Shown here: positions 1 to 12,375 of the stretch, piece after piece
Position numbering within the stretch: the stretch's first letter is position 1
How the letters are laid out: every line of letters starts with the position of its first letter
DNA from: Octopus vulgaris
Taxonomy: Eukaryota
NCBI GenBank assembly: GCA_951406725.2
Contig: OX597815.1
Coordinates: 139,686,001 to 139,750,000 of the forward strand
Length of the DNA stretch: 64,000 nucleotides
Direction: 5' to 3'
Notes under the pieces: generated by a model
Seen by the model: the letters and a program-made list of their open reading frames with translations, nothing else
Database searches by the model: none
Told to the model about the DNA's origin: nothing
Program-made: the position numbers and the translations under genes

Positions 1-322
1 ACTTGACACACACATAGCCCAATGTCATAATTCAAAACTAACGCAGCGAAAATTTTGAAAATTTCCCCCAGTTCTGAAAAATATCGACATGGGGTCGAGA
101 ATCTAAGCTTTTTATATGCAACACATTTTCTGTCTAGGGGACACAACTCGACCTTTTTATCGCCCAAAGCGACAGCTAGGAACATCGTGTACACAGAAGT
201 ATTCGAGTGAAGAGAAGATATTGCAACCTACACATGCGCCTTCGTTCCCTAGAGGGAAAGGACTAGATTGGGATTAGTCGTTGCCTACTAGGGGCTCTTA
301 CATACCCGGGCAATGCTGCTAG
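1..322 (+). mobile_element. Degenerate Helitron 3' end
   Basis: 172-210 reads TARNIVYTEVFE*, matching the RepHel helicase C-terminal (T)KNIVYxEV motif. It ends in GC-rich cccggg..ctgCTAG (319-322) followed by T. Confidence 0.65.
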
Positions 323-854
323 TATATATATAAAAAGAGCGTTAAAATTAATGTGAACGTAAACATAGAAGATTGAGGTAAGACAAGTGAAACAAACAAA
401 CATGAGCAAAACCAGCAAAGTGAAAAATCGTAGAACAACAGTAAAATATTGAACAAGAAAACATAAATCCGGAATAGCATAGAAAGAAAATCATGAATAA
501 AAAGGAACTGGAGTATTATGTTGAGAAGAATGGAAAATCTGAAAGATGGACTCTTTAAATACGACAATAGTGTAGAGGTAGATAGAGAATTATATTACAG
601 TAGATAAGAACCTCCGAGATGTTATGCCGTCTCAAAGATGAAACTCACAGTTGAAACAACCACTACATATATGTGTCTGTGTAAATTATGTATAATATAT
701 GTATATATATCTATGTATGTATGTATATATATATATATATATAACACACGCGCGCACACACACACATATATATATATATGTGTATGTATGTATGTATATA
801 TTTGGTTTGACTTCATTATTACAGCTTATATACATATTTCGTTTTTCCTTTACA

Positions 855-1122
855 TGTTAGTCATTTGACTGCGGCCATGCTGGAGCACCACCTTAAGGGG
901 TTTTAGTCGAAGAAATCGACCCCAGGACTTATTCTGTGTACACCTAGTACTTATTCTATCGATATCTTTAGCCGAACCGCTAAGTTACGGAGATATAAAC
1001 ACACCAACATAGGTTATTAGGCAATGGCAGGGGAGAAACAAGGACACACGTATATATATATATATATATATACATGACGGGCTTCTTTCAGTTTCCGTCT
1101 ACCAAATCCACTTACAAGGCTT
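855..1122 (-). mobile_element. Octopus-type SINE (family A), 5'-truncated, internal TA microsatellite
   Basis: gtcatttgactgcggccatgctggagcacc...gacgggcttctttcagtttccgtctaccaaatccac; the same terminus recurs at ~60187-60235. Confidence 0.75.
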
Positions 1123-1144
1123 TATATACATATATATGTAAATA

Positions 1145-1183
<39 letters not shown>

Positions 1184-2384
1184 AAATACTAAGATGGAAG
1201 AATATTATCTAGAAATATCCGTACATCCATATGATAAAAGTAACAAATAATATTCACAGAAACCTGTTGTAAAAAATCTGCCGTCATGAAAAGCAAAACA
1301 ACTCTTTGAGCCCAAAAGAACAAACAGAGTTCAAAGTAAAACCATTTTTCCTAAGAACTAAGTTAGACAAAACAAGTCGCTAACAGGAAAAGACGTGAAG
1401 AATTCTATGGAGGAGAATATGTTGTCTGATAAATTCCTCACGCGTAATTACATCAGTAAATTCATAGCTATACCAAATAAATCGCCATGCTTTTTATCAG
1501 CGGAGTAAATACATCACTTAATTGTTGTTCAAAGCTTCTATTCGCACAGGAATTGTCGTATTTTTTAGGAATTAAATAGACGTTCAAAGACGAAGGATAA
1601 AATATCAATATCAAATTTACACATCTTATATATGGAAATGGAAAACAAAAGCAAAACAAATCAAAGTTGCTTTTAAACATAAAATCACAATTTTTTTTAA
1701 AAATCCACGTTGGCGATAACACTATTATAAATTGGATAAAGAAAAAGAAACTCTAAAATTATGAACAATGTCTCGTAAATAATCCAGAATTTTACAATTT
1801 TTATATTCATTAAAGACGCTTTTATATATTCATTTGGGTGGTGGATGTAGAGTTTCCACACCGATGATATACATGGTATACTGTTTGACTATTGCGTCGT
1901 TGCTTGATTGACCCTTTTTCAAGATTTCTAGATCATATGGAGGAAATATTTTGTTTTTGAATTTCTTTAAAATTGATAATGAAATGTGACCTATTTACTC
2001 CACAAATAAAATCTTTAATGTTTAACGAGCGATGTATATTTTATTCTGCAGATAAAAATTTTGATGATAAATTTAGCGACGAGTAATTGGCCTGAAGATG
2101 AATTTATCGGTGATACATTGACTTGCAATGTAATTACCTTGCGACGAAATTACCAGATGTTGAAAATACAAATGATATATTTTATGCAAATACAAATGAT
2201 GTATTTAACGCTATCTAATTACTCGCAATAAATTTAGAGCAAACTGGAGTTTGGGCAGCAAGAAAATGTAAGAGCAAAATTAGATCATTGACGGAAAGAG
2301 ACAACATTCTAAACCAACAAGAAATGACAGAATACGAAGGAAAACATCCAGACGGTCAAATTTCCAAACTTCTAGCTACAATGT

Positions 2385-2842
2385 CTAATAGACACCTCTT
2401 AACTATCTATCAGTATCCTATATTCAACAAGTACTTCTTAAATATTTAAGTACATTAAAATATTTAACAAAGACTTCCTGTATATTTAAGAGGTTCCTCA
2501 CAGATACCTCTAAAATATCTAACAAGTGTCTTTAAAATGTTTAATAGTTACCCCTAGAATATCAAATAGGGGTCTCTAAAATATCTAACAAGTATCTATA
2601 TCTAGCTAAAATATCTGATAAATGCCAATATCCAATAGGTACTCCTAAAATATCTAACAGGTCCCTCTGAAATATTTAACAGGTATTTCTAAAATATCTA
2701 AAAGGTGCTTCTAAAATATCTAACAAGTACCTAAGTACTTATAACTCATAATTATCTTTCAAATATCTTGTCTTAATCCTACCCTTTACAACATCTAACA
2801 GGTCCTTCTAAAATATCAAGTAGGTTCTCCTAAAATATTTTA
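2385..2842. repeat. Degenerate ~22-23-nt minisatellite
   Basis: Recurring ctaaaatatctaaca(a/g)gt.. units. Confidence 0.75.
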
Positions 2843-4967
2843 GAGATATATTCAATTTGCAGAAAGAAATGAATACACTAATGAATAACAAATGAATAAT
2901 CCTCTTGATTCCCTTGAACTAAAAATAAATAAAATCAACACCTAATAGAGAGCTCAGTAGCTCAATACTGATAACATTAACTTCGAGGCATCCATCAATA
3001 ACGTTGGTATTCAGGGAATTTTTTGTTTTAGGCATCTTGGAATACTGCTCGTAACTCTGATTACCTAGTATTTCAAAGCCTAACTACTAATTGGAGAGAA
3101 TATCAAAAAGCATTCGCTAAAAGACGACTTTTAATTATTTGGAACCCTTCTACATATTACATCTCTAATCTTTGGAAAGACAACAGGGACTAATTGCCAC
3201 AATATAAAAGTTGAATATTCTAAATTGTGTATCAAACTTTAGCATGTAAGAGAAAAAAATAAGAAGTATGGTGGGTACTGTCAGATCACAACATACCCTT
3301 AAATAGACTGGTGTATCAAAAACAAATATAGCAACATTTAGCATTCAAAAAAATCGTCTAAGGAGGTTCCATCCTCTAGTAACTTTTTTTTACATGAAGT
3401 TTAACAATCAGCATGCTAAGAAAAATAGGTTTGGAAAGCTAAATGAAAAAGAATGCATTCATTTGTTAGGCAGAAGAAGAAGTAAAATAATTACACTAAA
3501 CACAAACTTAGATAGGAATTAAGCGAAACAGAATATACATAAATGGAAAAGTTTGCAAAGAAATATTACAGATGCATTATGGTAATAACAAGGTGTTCCG
3601 CAAATAAGTTATAATGTTCTCAATTGGATTAGCGAAAATAGATAGGAAAATAAGGAAAACCAGGACTGCATTAGAATACACTAACCCGCACGATTATATG
3701 CACCACGAATATAGGGAAGTCGCAGTCTTCTGGAACTGGAAAATTGTCAGGAAATATCCACTGTAAGACTACAAAAATATTTAATATATAAAACTAATAG
3801 TAATAGGTATAAAACATGAACAAAAACATCTGTTTTCTTTAGCAGTTGGCTAACAGTTAACTGTTAGTTGGGCGGAGAAATGTTAACAGGATGTATTGAA
3901 ATACTAAAAACTAAATTTAGAATGGGATGAAAAAATGAAATGTTAAGATAGTAAAAAGAAAAACCACAACCAATTCTGAATATGACTGAACAAACTCGAA
4001 TTGAATATAAAAAAAAAAATGAAAGTACTGACTGACAAATGCTTTACTTAAATTGGAGTTACATTATAGACGCGAGAGCAAAGCCTTCTCATAAGGAATC
4101 CCCAAACATACGATGAAGCTGAAAAGGTTGAGAAGAAATAACCACATAGTCCGTGACGTAGCAGTCTTAGAGTGAAGTGTGTAAAAGATGGAGCACAATT
4201 GGGGCTTTCATATATACTGGAAATTACGCCAGTATCATGAAATACGTAGGTAAAAAACATGCATTACAAACGTTGTCAAGGAATGATGAAGTGACCATCC
4301 TCTGAAATGACATACTAATTAACCCTTTTGAGACGCACGCTGTTTTGGCATGTGCAGCCAAAAAAACCAAAATGTTTTTTTTGGGGGGTTTTTTTTTTTT
4401 TTGCTGTTGAGATTGAAATTGATGGGTGCATGTAGAAAGCAAAGGATAAAGTACCATACTTTATTAGTATGTAAAACTATATATATTATATAGTTTTATA
4501 TTATATCTCTTGAAAGACGATCCCTAATAGATTATTACACTCCAAAAGGTTTGTCATCGGGCCGATACATTGACCTCAAAGTCCTTTCAGCTTGTATCAC
4601 TTAAGCCGATCAATCGGCCTAAGGCTAGTCAACCAGACATTATAGTCTACCAAAAACCCATGTCCTCTAATCTATGCATCATTCCCAATATGTCTAAAAG
4701 TAATGGTGAAAAGATCTCGATACAAGGGTCTGGATACAGAGGTAGAGATATCCAAAATGTCGAACTCGAAAATGAAAAGACATACAGGTAAATATGCAGC
4801 CAAACATCAAGAACGTTCACAAACACTGGTACTAACATAGACTCTGATACTGCTGCACACATAACTTTTCAGACACACAACACTTATCCCCCAGATACAG
4901 AGTTACGCTCATTTATAAAGTGAAAGTAGACAATAAAAACAGAACTACTTACATATGTGGGTAACAT

Positions 4968-5290
4968 CGTATACAGCTGTCTACTACCATGAGTATATAT
5001 ATATATGTGCACATACTATTATATACAGCTGTCTACAGTATATGTGTATATGCCATTGTATGCAACTGTCTACAGTGTTTATGTATGAGTATATATATAT
5101 ATATGCATGTGTGCGTGTATATATGTATGTATGCATGTATGGATGTGTGTATGCACACGACAGGATGCAGCTGTCTACCAAATATATGTATATTTGTGTT
5201 TATACAGTTGTATACAGCAGTCTACTATATACGAATTCGTGTGTATATATTAGTGTTTACAGCTGTCTACCAAGTGTGTGTGTATGTATG
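4968..5290. repeat. Compound repeat: acagctgtctac units interleaved with TA/TG microsatellite
   Basis: About six copies of (t)acagctgtctac or variants separated by variable RY tracts. Confidence 0.7.
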
Positions 5291-5297
5291 TGATTTT

Positions 5298-5488
5298 AAG
5301 GCGGCGAGCTGGTAAAATGCCTAGAGGCATTTCATCCACTGTTACGTTCTGAGTTCAAATTCCACCGAGGTCGACTTTGCCTTTCATCCTTCTCTGCTCG
5401 GTAAAATAAGTACCAGTTGAACAGTGGGGTTGATGTAATCGACTTGACCTTCCACCAAAATTTCTGGCCTCGTACCAAAATTTGAAAC
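5298..5488 (+). mobile_element. tRNA-derived SINE (family B)
   Basis: aaggcggcgagctgg...gagttcaaattcc (B-box-like)...gaggtcgactttgcctttcatcc; multiple copies in the window. Confidence 0.8.
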
Positions 5489-7794
5489 TAGAAATATGTG
5501 CGTGTGTGCGCGCGCATATGTATTTGTGTGTGTGTGTGTACACAACAACAAAACAGTTAAATAAATTACAACAAAAAATACGAAACAACAGTGAAATGGT
5601 CTTTTCCATTGACAGAAAGGTGTAGACAGACTTTATTGACAGAATATTCACAAAATAAATAAAACACATTTAATAACAGGAAACGTGATATAATATGTTA
5701 AATTACAGAACATATTTAATAACGCATGATATTCTATGGTTAATAGCCAAACATAAATAACAAAACATACAAACAACGTGTAATTGCAGAGCACGGTTCA
5801 TAGCAAGAAACGTTTGGTGTATAATAACAGAATACATTCAACGGCGAAACACTTTTAATAGCACACCATCTAACGACGAAATGCTGATTATATTAAATAA
5901 CGGAACGAATTCAATAGTAGAATTGAAGGATTAAATATCCTTAGTGTTTGAACAGATCTCAATTCGATATTCAATGAAATTAATCAAATAATTGGAAGTG
6001 AATTGAATAATTAAATAATGTTTCTCTATAATGTAATCGGTCAAATATTGGAATATGGTTAATAATGTAAAGTATTAGAGAAGAAAATACGGAAACAATT
6101 TAGAAATGATCAACAAATATTGTGGAAATGTTCAAAGAATCACAGAAGTCCATGAATCCAGAATGTAGCACATCCTCTTCTACAATCCTAACGACTTCTG
6201 CTTGCAAAACGGTCAGGTACATGACTAAATGACAATCGCGTCAATATTAGTTTTGGTAATTGTCATTCCTGTTTAATTAGATCACTCTGAACTAGCAGAA
6301 ATATATTATTACCTTTTAGCAAGTTGCTTAATTAACCCTAAATCTAGGAATCAGTCTGGTTAACCCTTTGCTTGTCCTTTCTATCAAATGTGGTACACAG
6401 AACATATTTCCCTGGTGTCTACGCATCATGCATGATACATGATCCTACTGTTTTTTTGGGGGTTTTTTCAACTACCAGAGTAACTTGAAATTTATGAAAG
6501 GAAAGCTCTATATTATTCAGAATGTATGAAATAAAGTCTGAAAAGAAGCATGGACGTTTGGGACAAATGTATAAAAATGTTCCGGATACACAGAGTGAAT
6601 GACAAACAACAATCGGAACTTCATATTTCCTGTTTGTTGGTGATTCTCCTCCAACTCGAAATAAGGTGGTCTCTGCCACTGTCTCTTAACATTAATTTGA
6701 TATTTTATAACTTCTATCAACTTCCACTAAATTTTTGAAGGACTTGCGACCAGGCATCTAAGAATCGTGATATTTTGAAGATGACCTTTTTCTTGGATTT
6801 GAATTTTGTTCTATTTAATACATTAAGCTATGTATGTGTAAGAGCCATAGACAAAAAATTAAAGAAGATCCTCTGATTCTAGATTCCTTTCACTATTTTA
6901 TCACAAATAACTAAATTCAAGAAACATCAAACTGGGTGATGTGATATTTGAACTAACATGCTGTGAAGACATGTCAGCGATATTAAATTTAAACGGAATG
7001 CCAGTTTAGCCGCATTGCAAGTCAGCCTAGAAAGTCTTGTTGACTCTGATAACGTTTTTTTTTTGTTTAAAGCCACAAATTTCTCTAGGGAACTAGGTGA
7101 GTCGAACGGAGATAATAGATTAAATCAGTCCTTGGGGGATAAAAAGTAACGTTCTCCTCGGTGAGATTTGAACTTACAACATGAAGGTCCATAACTAAAT
7201 CCACAATGTATTCTATCTGATGTTCCAACGGCTCACCTAGTACACCACCCTCCTCATAGTACCTATCAAAATTAGCTTTATTCTTGAATATTTCTAATTG
7301 TGACGATTCTATTATTTGGAAAGAGAGAGAGAGGGGGGGAGCAATAAAGTTACTACTTGAACTAGCTAAGATCAAATAATACAAAAAAATTCATTTAGAA
7401 ACAATCTTTTAGGGAAGCCCTGACTATACCCTTTTTCTGGGACTACAGCACATAAGAACAAATCCCACGTTATAGGCGAATCTTTACCTTATATACAGAC
7501 ATATACTCTATACTCCTAGCTAGATGTTTTCTTCTTCGAGTATTAAAAGTATCTCCGCTGATAGAAGAATGAATTGAATCAATCCCTCATTGATTGTCCT
7601 TTATTTACATAACAGTTTAATAGTATCACCTAGGGCTCGCTTCTGTTGCAATATTCTCAATAATTCTGCACTTGTGTAATGAATAAAACTAAGTGTAGAC
7701 TCCCTGGCAGTGACAATTCAAAAATCATTCTACCAGCTGACCACCCATTAAACACTTTAAAGCAGTCATTTACATTTTTCCCCTAAAAAAAAAA

Positions 7795-8110
7795 CTAGGT
7801 ATTGGTAATTATTTCGCTATATCTGTATATCTTCTGACTTACGATTTCTGATATAGCAACATATAAAATTGAGTATTTCTTCTTTTTTCTAAAGAAGACT
7901 TGTCGTTTGTCATGGAAGCACCGCTAATTGGGGAATCATAGAATGGTAGACAATTTGTAAAGATCAATCAATATAAAGTAATTTCTTATCTTAGATATGT
8001 TATGAAACTGTCCAATCATTTATTTAGCATGTGAATTTGCCCCACTCGTCCCCTGCGACGATTTTCCGCCAGAATCAAAGAAAGCAATCATCTGGAATAT
8101 TAAAATAACT
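7795..8110 (-). mobile_element. Highly degenerate Helitron 3' remnant
   Basis: Minus strand shows frameshifted relics LPF..FP..MTNDKS (cf. FAMTINKS) and Q.YVAIS (cf. QLYVALSR) in the right order, ending CTAG|T at 7798-7795. Confidence 0.45.
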
Positions 8111-9387
8111 ATTAGATATATTTAATTACAGATTGCATTCAGAAAATCGGATTGTTCTGACAAAAAGAATCCCCATCGAAGTATTCAAATACAAGTATAA
8201 AAGAAACCAATTATTTATTGGTTGACATGTTTATCTGCTAGAGTTAGGTTTGGCAATGTTTCCACTCGCTAGTGAGACTACATTCATAAGTATTTCCATG
8301 TGCATCTTGTAAAAATTACATTTCAAACACATAAGGAATATTTTGTGCTTATTTAGTGTTTATAAGGTATCGCTCAACAGAACAACTCCCAGCTAATTTT
8401 ATAACACAAAACATGTCAAAGGCAGGTATTGTTTATAAGAATCTATATGCAATAATCCATTCCAAATGAGATTAAATAAAAAAAAAATGAATATTTCAGA
8501 CTTATTGTGATTGTAAACGATTTTTTGTTTAAAATGGTAAAATTTAGCCAGTTATAAACGAAAATACTTAATTCTGATATAGCTCACAATAAATGAAACC
8601 GTTAGTAATTCTACTGCTTATTGTCTAGTGATAATTGAAATTACTGATTGTACTATATATATTACTAAAATGGTAGCAGTTCTGGAAGCTGAGATGTACA
8701 ACATAAACTGCATTTGGATCTCCCAGCGTTTTGTTCTTCTTAAGAATCCATATCTCGTGCCTTCTTCTTCAAGACCCTCTTCTGACATTTCTCTTTAGTG
8801 TACCATACTGCTGTGTAACAAAGAAAAATGGTATTTGCACCATATTTTATCCTCTCACTACCTCCCTTACCACTCTACTTACTCCCATTATGATGCTTGT
8901 GTAACGAGGGCTTGCATCAGATGTCTGTATACAAGACACTGCCATCAGTACTGTTGACCATGACTCACTCACAATGCACTCTACTATTTGCACTGCAAGC
9001 AATGACTCACTTTTACTATCAGCCACCTGTATTGTTCACTCTCTTACCAAGAAACCTGTAGCTGCTATCACTCTGTCTCTTCCATTACTTCCTCTACTAC
9101 ACTCTTTTTCTTACATCATACTCCCTTTTTGCTCAAGCTCACGCCTTGGTACTTCGTATGACAACGCTCGCTTCTATTCCCCTTCTTCATCATGTTGCAT
9201 CTGAATAGAGAGATCAAAGTAGTAATACCTAAAGACTTGACAAGGTATAAGGCAAACACATCAGTGATAGTACCATGATGAAATATACACCTGGTACACA
9301 CTGTATAGTAGATGACGAATGGACGACGTCAACGTAGGATCGAGAGGACCCTTTTATTTCAAATTTAATTATCTCATTAATAATAAT

Positions 9388-9583
9388 GGTTTCAAATTTT
9401 GCTACAAGGGCAACAATTTTGGGGAAGGGGATGAGTCGATTACCTAGTGTTCAAATGCTACTTATTTTAACCACCTCGAATGGATGAAAGGCAAAGTCGA
9501 CCTCAGCAGAATTCGAACTCAGAACAGAAATACCGCTAAGCATTTCGTCCAGCGTGTTAAGGATTCTGCCAGCTCGCCACCTT
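9388..9583 (-). mobile_element. tRNA-derived SINE (family B)
   Basis: ggatgaaaggcaaagtcgacctc..ctgccagctcgcc is the reverse complement of the 5298 copy. Confidence 0.8.
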
Positions 9584-10429
9584 AATAATAATTCACAACG
9601 CCCCAGTTTCTAATAAAAAAAAAAAAGCTGGTCCATAAGTTGACTATCAGGTGATTAGTTTCAAGTTCAAAAATACCTTCTGGATTAACATATCCTATTT
9701 AAGAAATAAAGATTTCATTACTAAATTTGCTTTTGATTAAAATCTATTTAAAAATGATAATAAAAATAAATATAGGAGGATAATGTAAGGGCAAGCAATG
9801 TAAAAGAAAACTAAATCACCGAGATTTCTAAGGCAGCGAGTACCAATCTTCCATTAGTATCACAACACTGCAGTTTAAATTTTTTGTTTTTTAACTTAAT
9901 AAACTAAGCCTGAGGGGGGAGAAAATGAACTCCATATTTACGTGAAGAAAAAAAAACAATATAATGAGCAGTATCTAACAACAAGGTCACATTATAACTT
10001 TAACTATTCGAATACTTAGTATAAAATAACACTGCAGCTGTTAATATCTTTCCTAATTTGATAGATCACTCACCAGTCCTTAGAAGTATCAATATTCCAC
10101 ATTAAGGGTAAATCAATTAGTAACGTTTGTTTATAAATCGAACGAAAATTGTGTTATAATTACGCCAATATTGTAGATTAAGTTAAAATTTCACCAGCTA
10201 TGCAGCAGAAATTTATTATCCTACATATTCCAGTTCTTAATTAGAATGTCGCTATTATCAAATCCATGAGCTTTGTAAATTACAATCCAGAGAATGTATT
10301 TTTGGTTTATTGGCTTTGTACAAAGGAGAGCAAATACAGACACTCACCTAAATAATCTTAAAATCTCGTTGAAGACAGTGACAGCTTTGGTTTGATTCAG
10401 TGACAGGTTGCACCAGCAGTCCGTATGGT

Positions 10430-10820
10430 GACTACCATGTACATAACCTAAGCATGTAGCAATAACCAGACGTATGTCCTAGACAGGTAACCATAAGTGT
10501 ATACACCTAGACATGTAGCCATGATCAGGTATATGACCTAGACATGTTGTAAGGGTCATACATACAAAATATGATTTAGGTATGTGGCAACGGCCATACA
10601 AACTAGACATGAAACAACAGACATGACCGAGACATGTAACAAGTCATACAATCAACCTACATGAGTAACAATGGCTGGGCATACAACCTAGGCATATAAC
10701 AACGATCAGTATTCAGACATGTGGTGACAACAATGCATACAACCTTGACATGTAGAAATAGTCAGGCATAATGCCTAAGCATCCAGCGATGATCCGTTAT
10801 AACATGTAGGAATGACATGG
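10430..10820. repeat. Degenerate ~30-nt minisatellite
   Basis: Recurring catacaacctagacatgtagcaatgaccagg-like units. Confidence 0.75.
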
Positions 10821-11342
10821 AAATGTAATAATGATCACGCATTTTGACCTTGATTAGATTAACTAATAAACAAAATTAGAAAGCACTAAAATGGAATGAG
10901 ATGGAACAGTTGTAAATGATAAACCAACAAATACAAGAAAAAAAATGGTTGCTTGTTTTTGACCCAATTATTTTGCCTAAATCTTTCACGGTTTATTTTT
11001 TTGGTCATTGTTTTATAGGCGGTTGTTTATATGGGATACATATTCAAAAAAAAAAAAAACAAGTGTTGGTTAGCAATAGATGAAGGTGGTTGGAGAGATT
11101 TGACATACGAAGCTACTTCTAGTTACTGACGTGAAGAGAGATTGTAAGAATATAGGTGAGCAAGTTTATATTATTAACCAATAATGCCATGTGATGACAA
11201 TGTGTTGTAAGTTAGATTAGTAGCCAATTAATTTTCCAAGTGGTTAATGCTTACTAGTTGTGTTATCAGCATTGCAATATACAGGGAAAGAATGAAAAAC
11301 AAAACTGTATGCTTGATAAATAGATCTGTTCATTACAGGTAT

Positions 11343-11543
11343 TTAACCCTTTTGACAGCAACTTGCCTGAAACTACTCATTAAAAAACCAATTCCTGCTT
11401 TAAGATAATCAAAATTAAAACACATCTAAGTATGTTGATTTAAGTTCAAAACACTAGCTTTTACAAAATTCTTCCTTATTTTCAAAATTAATTGCAAAAT
11501 AGGTAGTGTATTTCAGCAGAAATATTGATAACAAAAGGATTAA
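11343..11543. mobile_element. piggyBac-like MITE
   Basis: TTAA-CCCTTTTG ... CAAAAGGA-TTAA: TTAA duplication and imperfect terminal inverted repeat. Confidence 0.6.
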
Positions 11544-12324
11544 AGGCATGATGATAGGTATAATAGCCCATCGCCCTAGAGGATTTTAAATGCCATTGTC
11601 TGTCCTATAGATTGAAAAATTAAACAAAACACCAAATTATAACTCCCACCACCAGCTCATATTAATTTTATACTCGTTTTTCCATAACAGTGTGCATTGT
11701 CAATCTGAATCAAGTCTTACTTGGAACTACTGTACTCTTAGACGTTAATTTATGATGCAACTTTCAGAGTCTACATATAATTCATTCCTTCTATTTTTGG
11801 CAGGGTTTCAAGAGTTAAATGTTTTCCTATCAGAAAATGCTTGTTGGATAAATTTCATTGAACCAATGGCACTGAAGAGGATTAAAGAGCCCAGTCCACC
11901 TAACACCAGTTCTTTGGTAGGAAGGTAGGTTCTGTTTTTAACATGAATGCCTTGTCCTAATTACTTATTATTTCATAGGTAGTACTAAGTGTAGTATCGA
12001 AATAATTTTTGATTAAACAAAATGTTATAGCAATCGTCTGTGCAATTATTAAATGTGTTACTATTGGTGATGTGTTTTGTGCAGAGGCACAACTACATGC
12101 AAGAAAATAAATAAACATCACAATGTTGTTATGGTCCAATCCCAATACTGGCAAAACAGGCTGTAGTCGAAAGATATATTTTCTTAATTTCTAATAAGTG
12201 AATAATAAACTTTGAAAAAGTTTGAATGCAGGACTAGAATCTATAACAGTAGGTAAACACTTTAAATGATATTTCAGGAAGCAGTAGCAAAGTTTCTACT
12301 GTCCTTTTTCTTCTTTCATTTCCA

Positions 12325-12375
12325 AGAGAAAAACAACAACAAAGACAAAAATAAGATGGGTGAATGGTTTTTATT
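12325..12375 (-). terminator. Candidate polyadenylation signal with GU/U-rich downstream element
   Basis: Minus strand AATAAA (12375-12370) followed ~20 nt later by TTTTTGTCTTTGTTGTTGTTTTTC. Other AATAAA hexamers exist (e.g. 12726-12731, 13555-13560). Confidence 0.5.

Noticed and set aside
622-868. ORFs rich in Y/I/C/V/H/T (also at 4955-5315, 17289, 19226-19523, 42357-42799, 54550)
   Set aside because: Translations of TA/TG/CA microsatellites; not coding
10430-10820. Regularly spaced repeats superficially like a CRISPR array (also 2385-2842, 4968-5290, 53405-53765)
   Set aside because: Degenerate head-to-tail minisatellites without unique spacers, in eukaryotic DNA with no cas genes
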